From assembly GCA_046290225.1 (NCBI GenBank), contig JBKAGE010000037.1:192001-256000 (forward strand): DNA of 64,000 bases, in the 5' to 3' direction. Made by a program: the position numbers and the translations under genes. Source of the stretch: Bradymonadia bacterium. Its GTDB lineage: Bacteria; Myxococcota_A; Bradymonadia; UBA7976; UBA1532. The notes beneath the pieces were generated by a model. It searched no databases. It was not told the DNA's origin and worked only from the letters and a program-made list of their open reading frames with translations. Positions 63,308-64,000 of the stretch are shown here, piece after piece (positions within the stretch are counted from its first letter, which is position 1; each line of letters opens with the position of its first letter).

Positions 63308-64000
63308 ATGTCCGACTACTTGCACGTGTCCATCGACGGCCATGTGGCCCATTTGCAGCTCAATGATCCCGGCAAGCTCAACGCCATGGGGCCTGCCTTC
63401 TGGAACGACATGCCTGAGGTGATCGAGGGCATCAACGCCAACCGCACAGTGCGGGCGCTCCTGATTACAGGGGCGGGCCGCGCCTTCACCGCCGGGCTCG
63501 ACGTCATGGCCATCATGTCGAACCTGCCCGTCGATCCTGCAGGTGGCCCCCCCGATGGTCACCGCCAGGCTCAGCTGCACGATCTCATCCGCAAGATGCA
63601 GCGTGCCATCACCGCCGTAGAGCGTTGCCGGGTGCCGGTGGTGGCGGCGATCCACGGTTACTGTCTTGGGGGTGGGGTGGACTTGATCACTGCCTGTGAC
63701 ATCCGCGTTGCTTCTCCAGGGGCGATCTTCGGGGTCCGTGAGACCCGCATCGCCATGGTGGCTGACGTGGGCACGCTTCAACGCCTGCCCCTGCTCGTGG
63801 GCAGAGCCCATGCTCGGGATCTGGTACTCACCGGTCGCGACTTCGACGCGGTGCACGCGCTGAAGATCGGCCTGGTGACCGAGGTGCTCGAAGATGATGA
63901 CACCACCCTCGCCCGAGGGCGGGCCATCGCCGAAGAGATCGCCGCCCTGCCCCCTCTGGCAGTGCAAGGTGCAAAGCGGGTGATGAACGAAGCTGATCGC
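63308..64000 (+). CDS. Enoyl-CoA hydratase/isomerase (crotonase; dienoyl-CoA isomerase-like), runs off the window edge
   Basis: Not in the ORF track. Manual translation: MSDYLHV...KLNAM...GAGRAFTAGLD...PVVAAIHGYCLGGGVDLITACDIR...ETRIAMVADVGTLQRLP. Confidence 0.92.
   Translation, partial: MSDYLHVSIDGHVAHLQLNDPGKLNAMGPAFWNDMPEVIEGINANRTVRALLITGAGRAFTAGLDVMAIMSNLPVDPAGGPPDGHRQAQLHDLIRKMQRAITAVERCRVPVVAAIHGYCLGGGVDLITACDIRVASPGAIFGVRETRIAMVADVGTLQRLPLLVGRAHARDLVLTGRDFDAVHALKIGLVTEVLEDDDTTLARGRAIAEEIAALPPLAVQGAKRVMNEADR

Noticed and set aside
63293..63967. 224-aa minus-strand ORF
   Set aside because: Antisense to the clear crotonase gene starting at 63308.

Overview
GC-rich bacterial chromosomal window with about 47 protein-coding genes and no rRNA, tRNA or CRISPR array that I can support. 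The gene content suggests a Myxococcota/Bradymonadia-like predator; this is inference from Hanks-type kinase/PEGA proteins, a DUF4388-J-TPR fusion, a DUF1552/DUF1592 pair, GGAGGM-rich lipoproteins and MopE-type Cys repeats. Recognisable genes include an Lnt-like acyltransferase, RNase Y, PhoX, TldD/TldE, a sigma-54 response regulator with its histidine kinase, two L,D-transpeptidases, an MFS transporter, DUF99 and a crotonase. The most interesting items are: (1) an exosortase overlapped by a 74-aa gene encoding only a signal peptide, a 14-residue Gly/Pro core and a PEP-TM-basic sorting tail, next to a CPBP-protease fusion and an Lnt-like enzyme; (2) a di-heme Cyc2-like cytochrome-porin coupled to a monoheme lipoprotein; (3) many apparent pseudoenzymes (Cys-less DsbA, RNase Y without the KH GxxG loop, two pseudokinases, J domain without HPD); (4) a 159-bp MITE inserted in a TAA stop codon; (5) an ABC-ATPase defence-like pair whose partner is split by a 4-bp duplication; (6) a candidate sRNA hairpin; (7) a dispersed (CGGGCA)n element. 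All family names come from reading motifs by eye, not from database searches.
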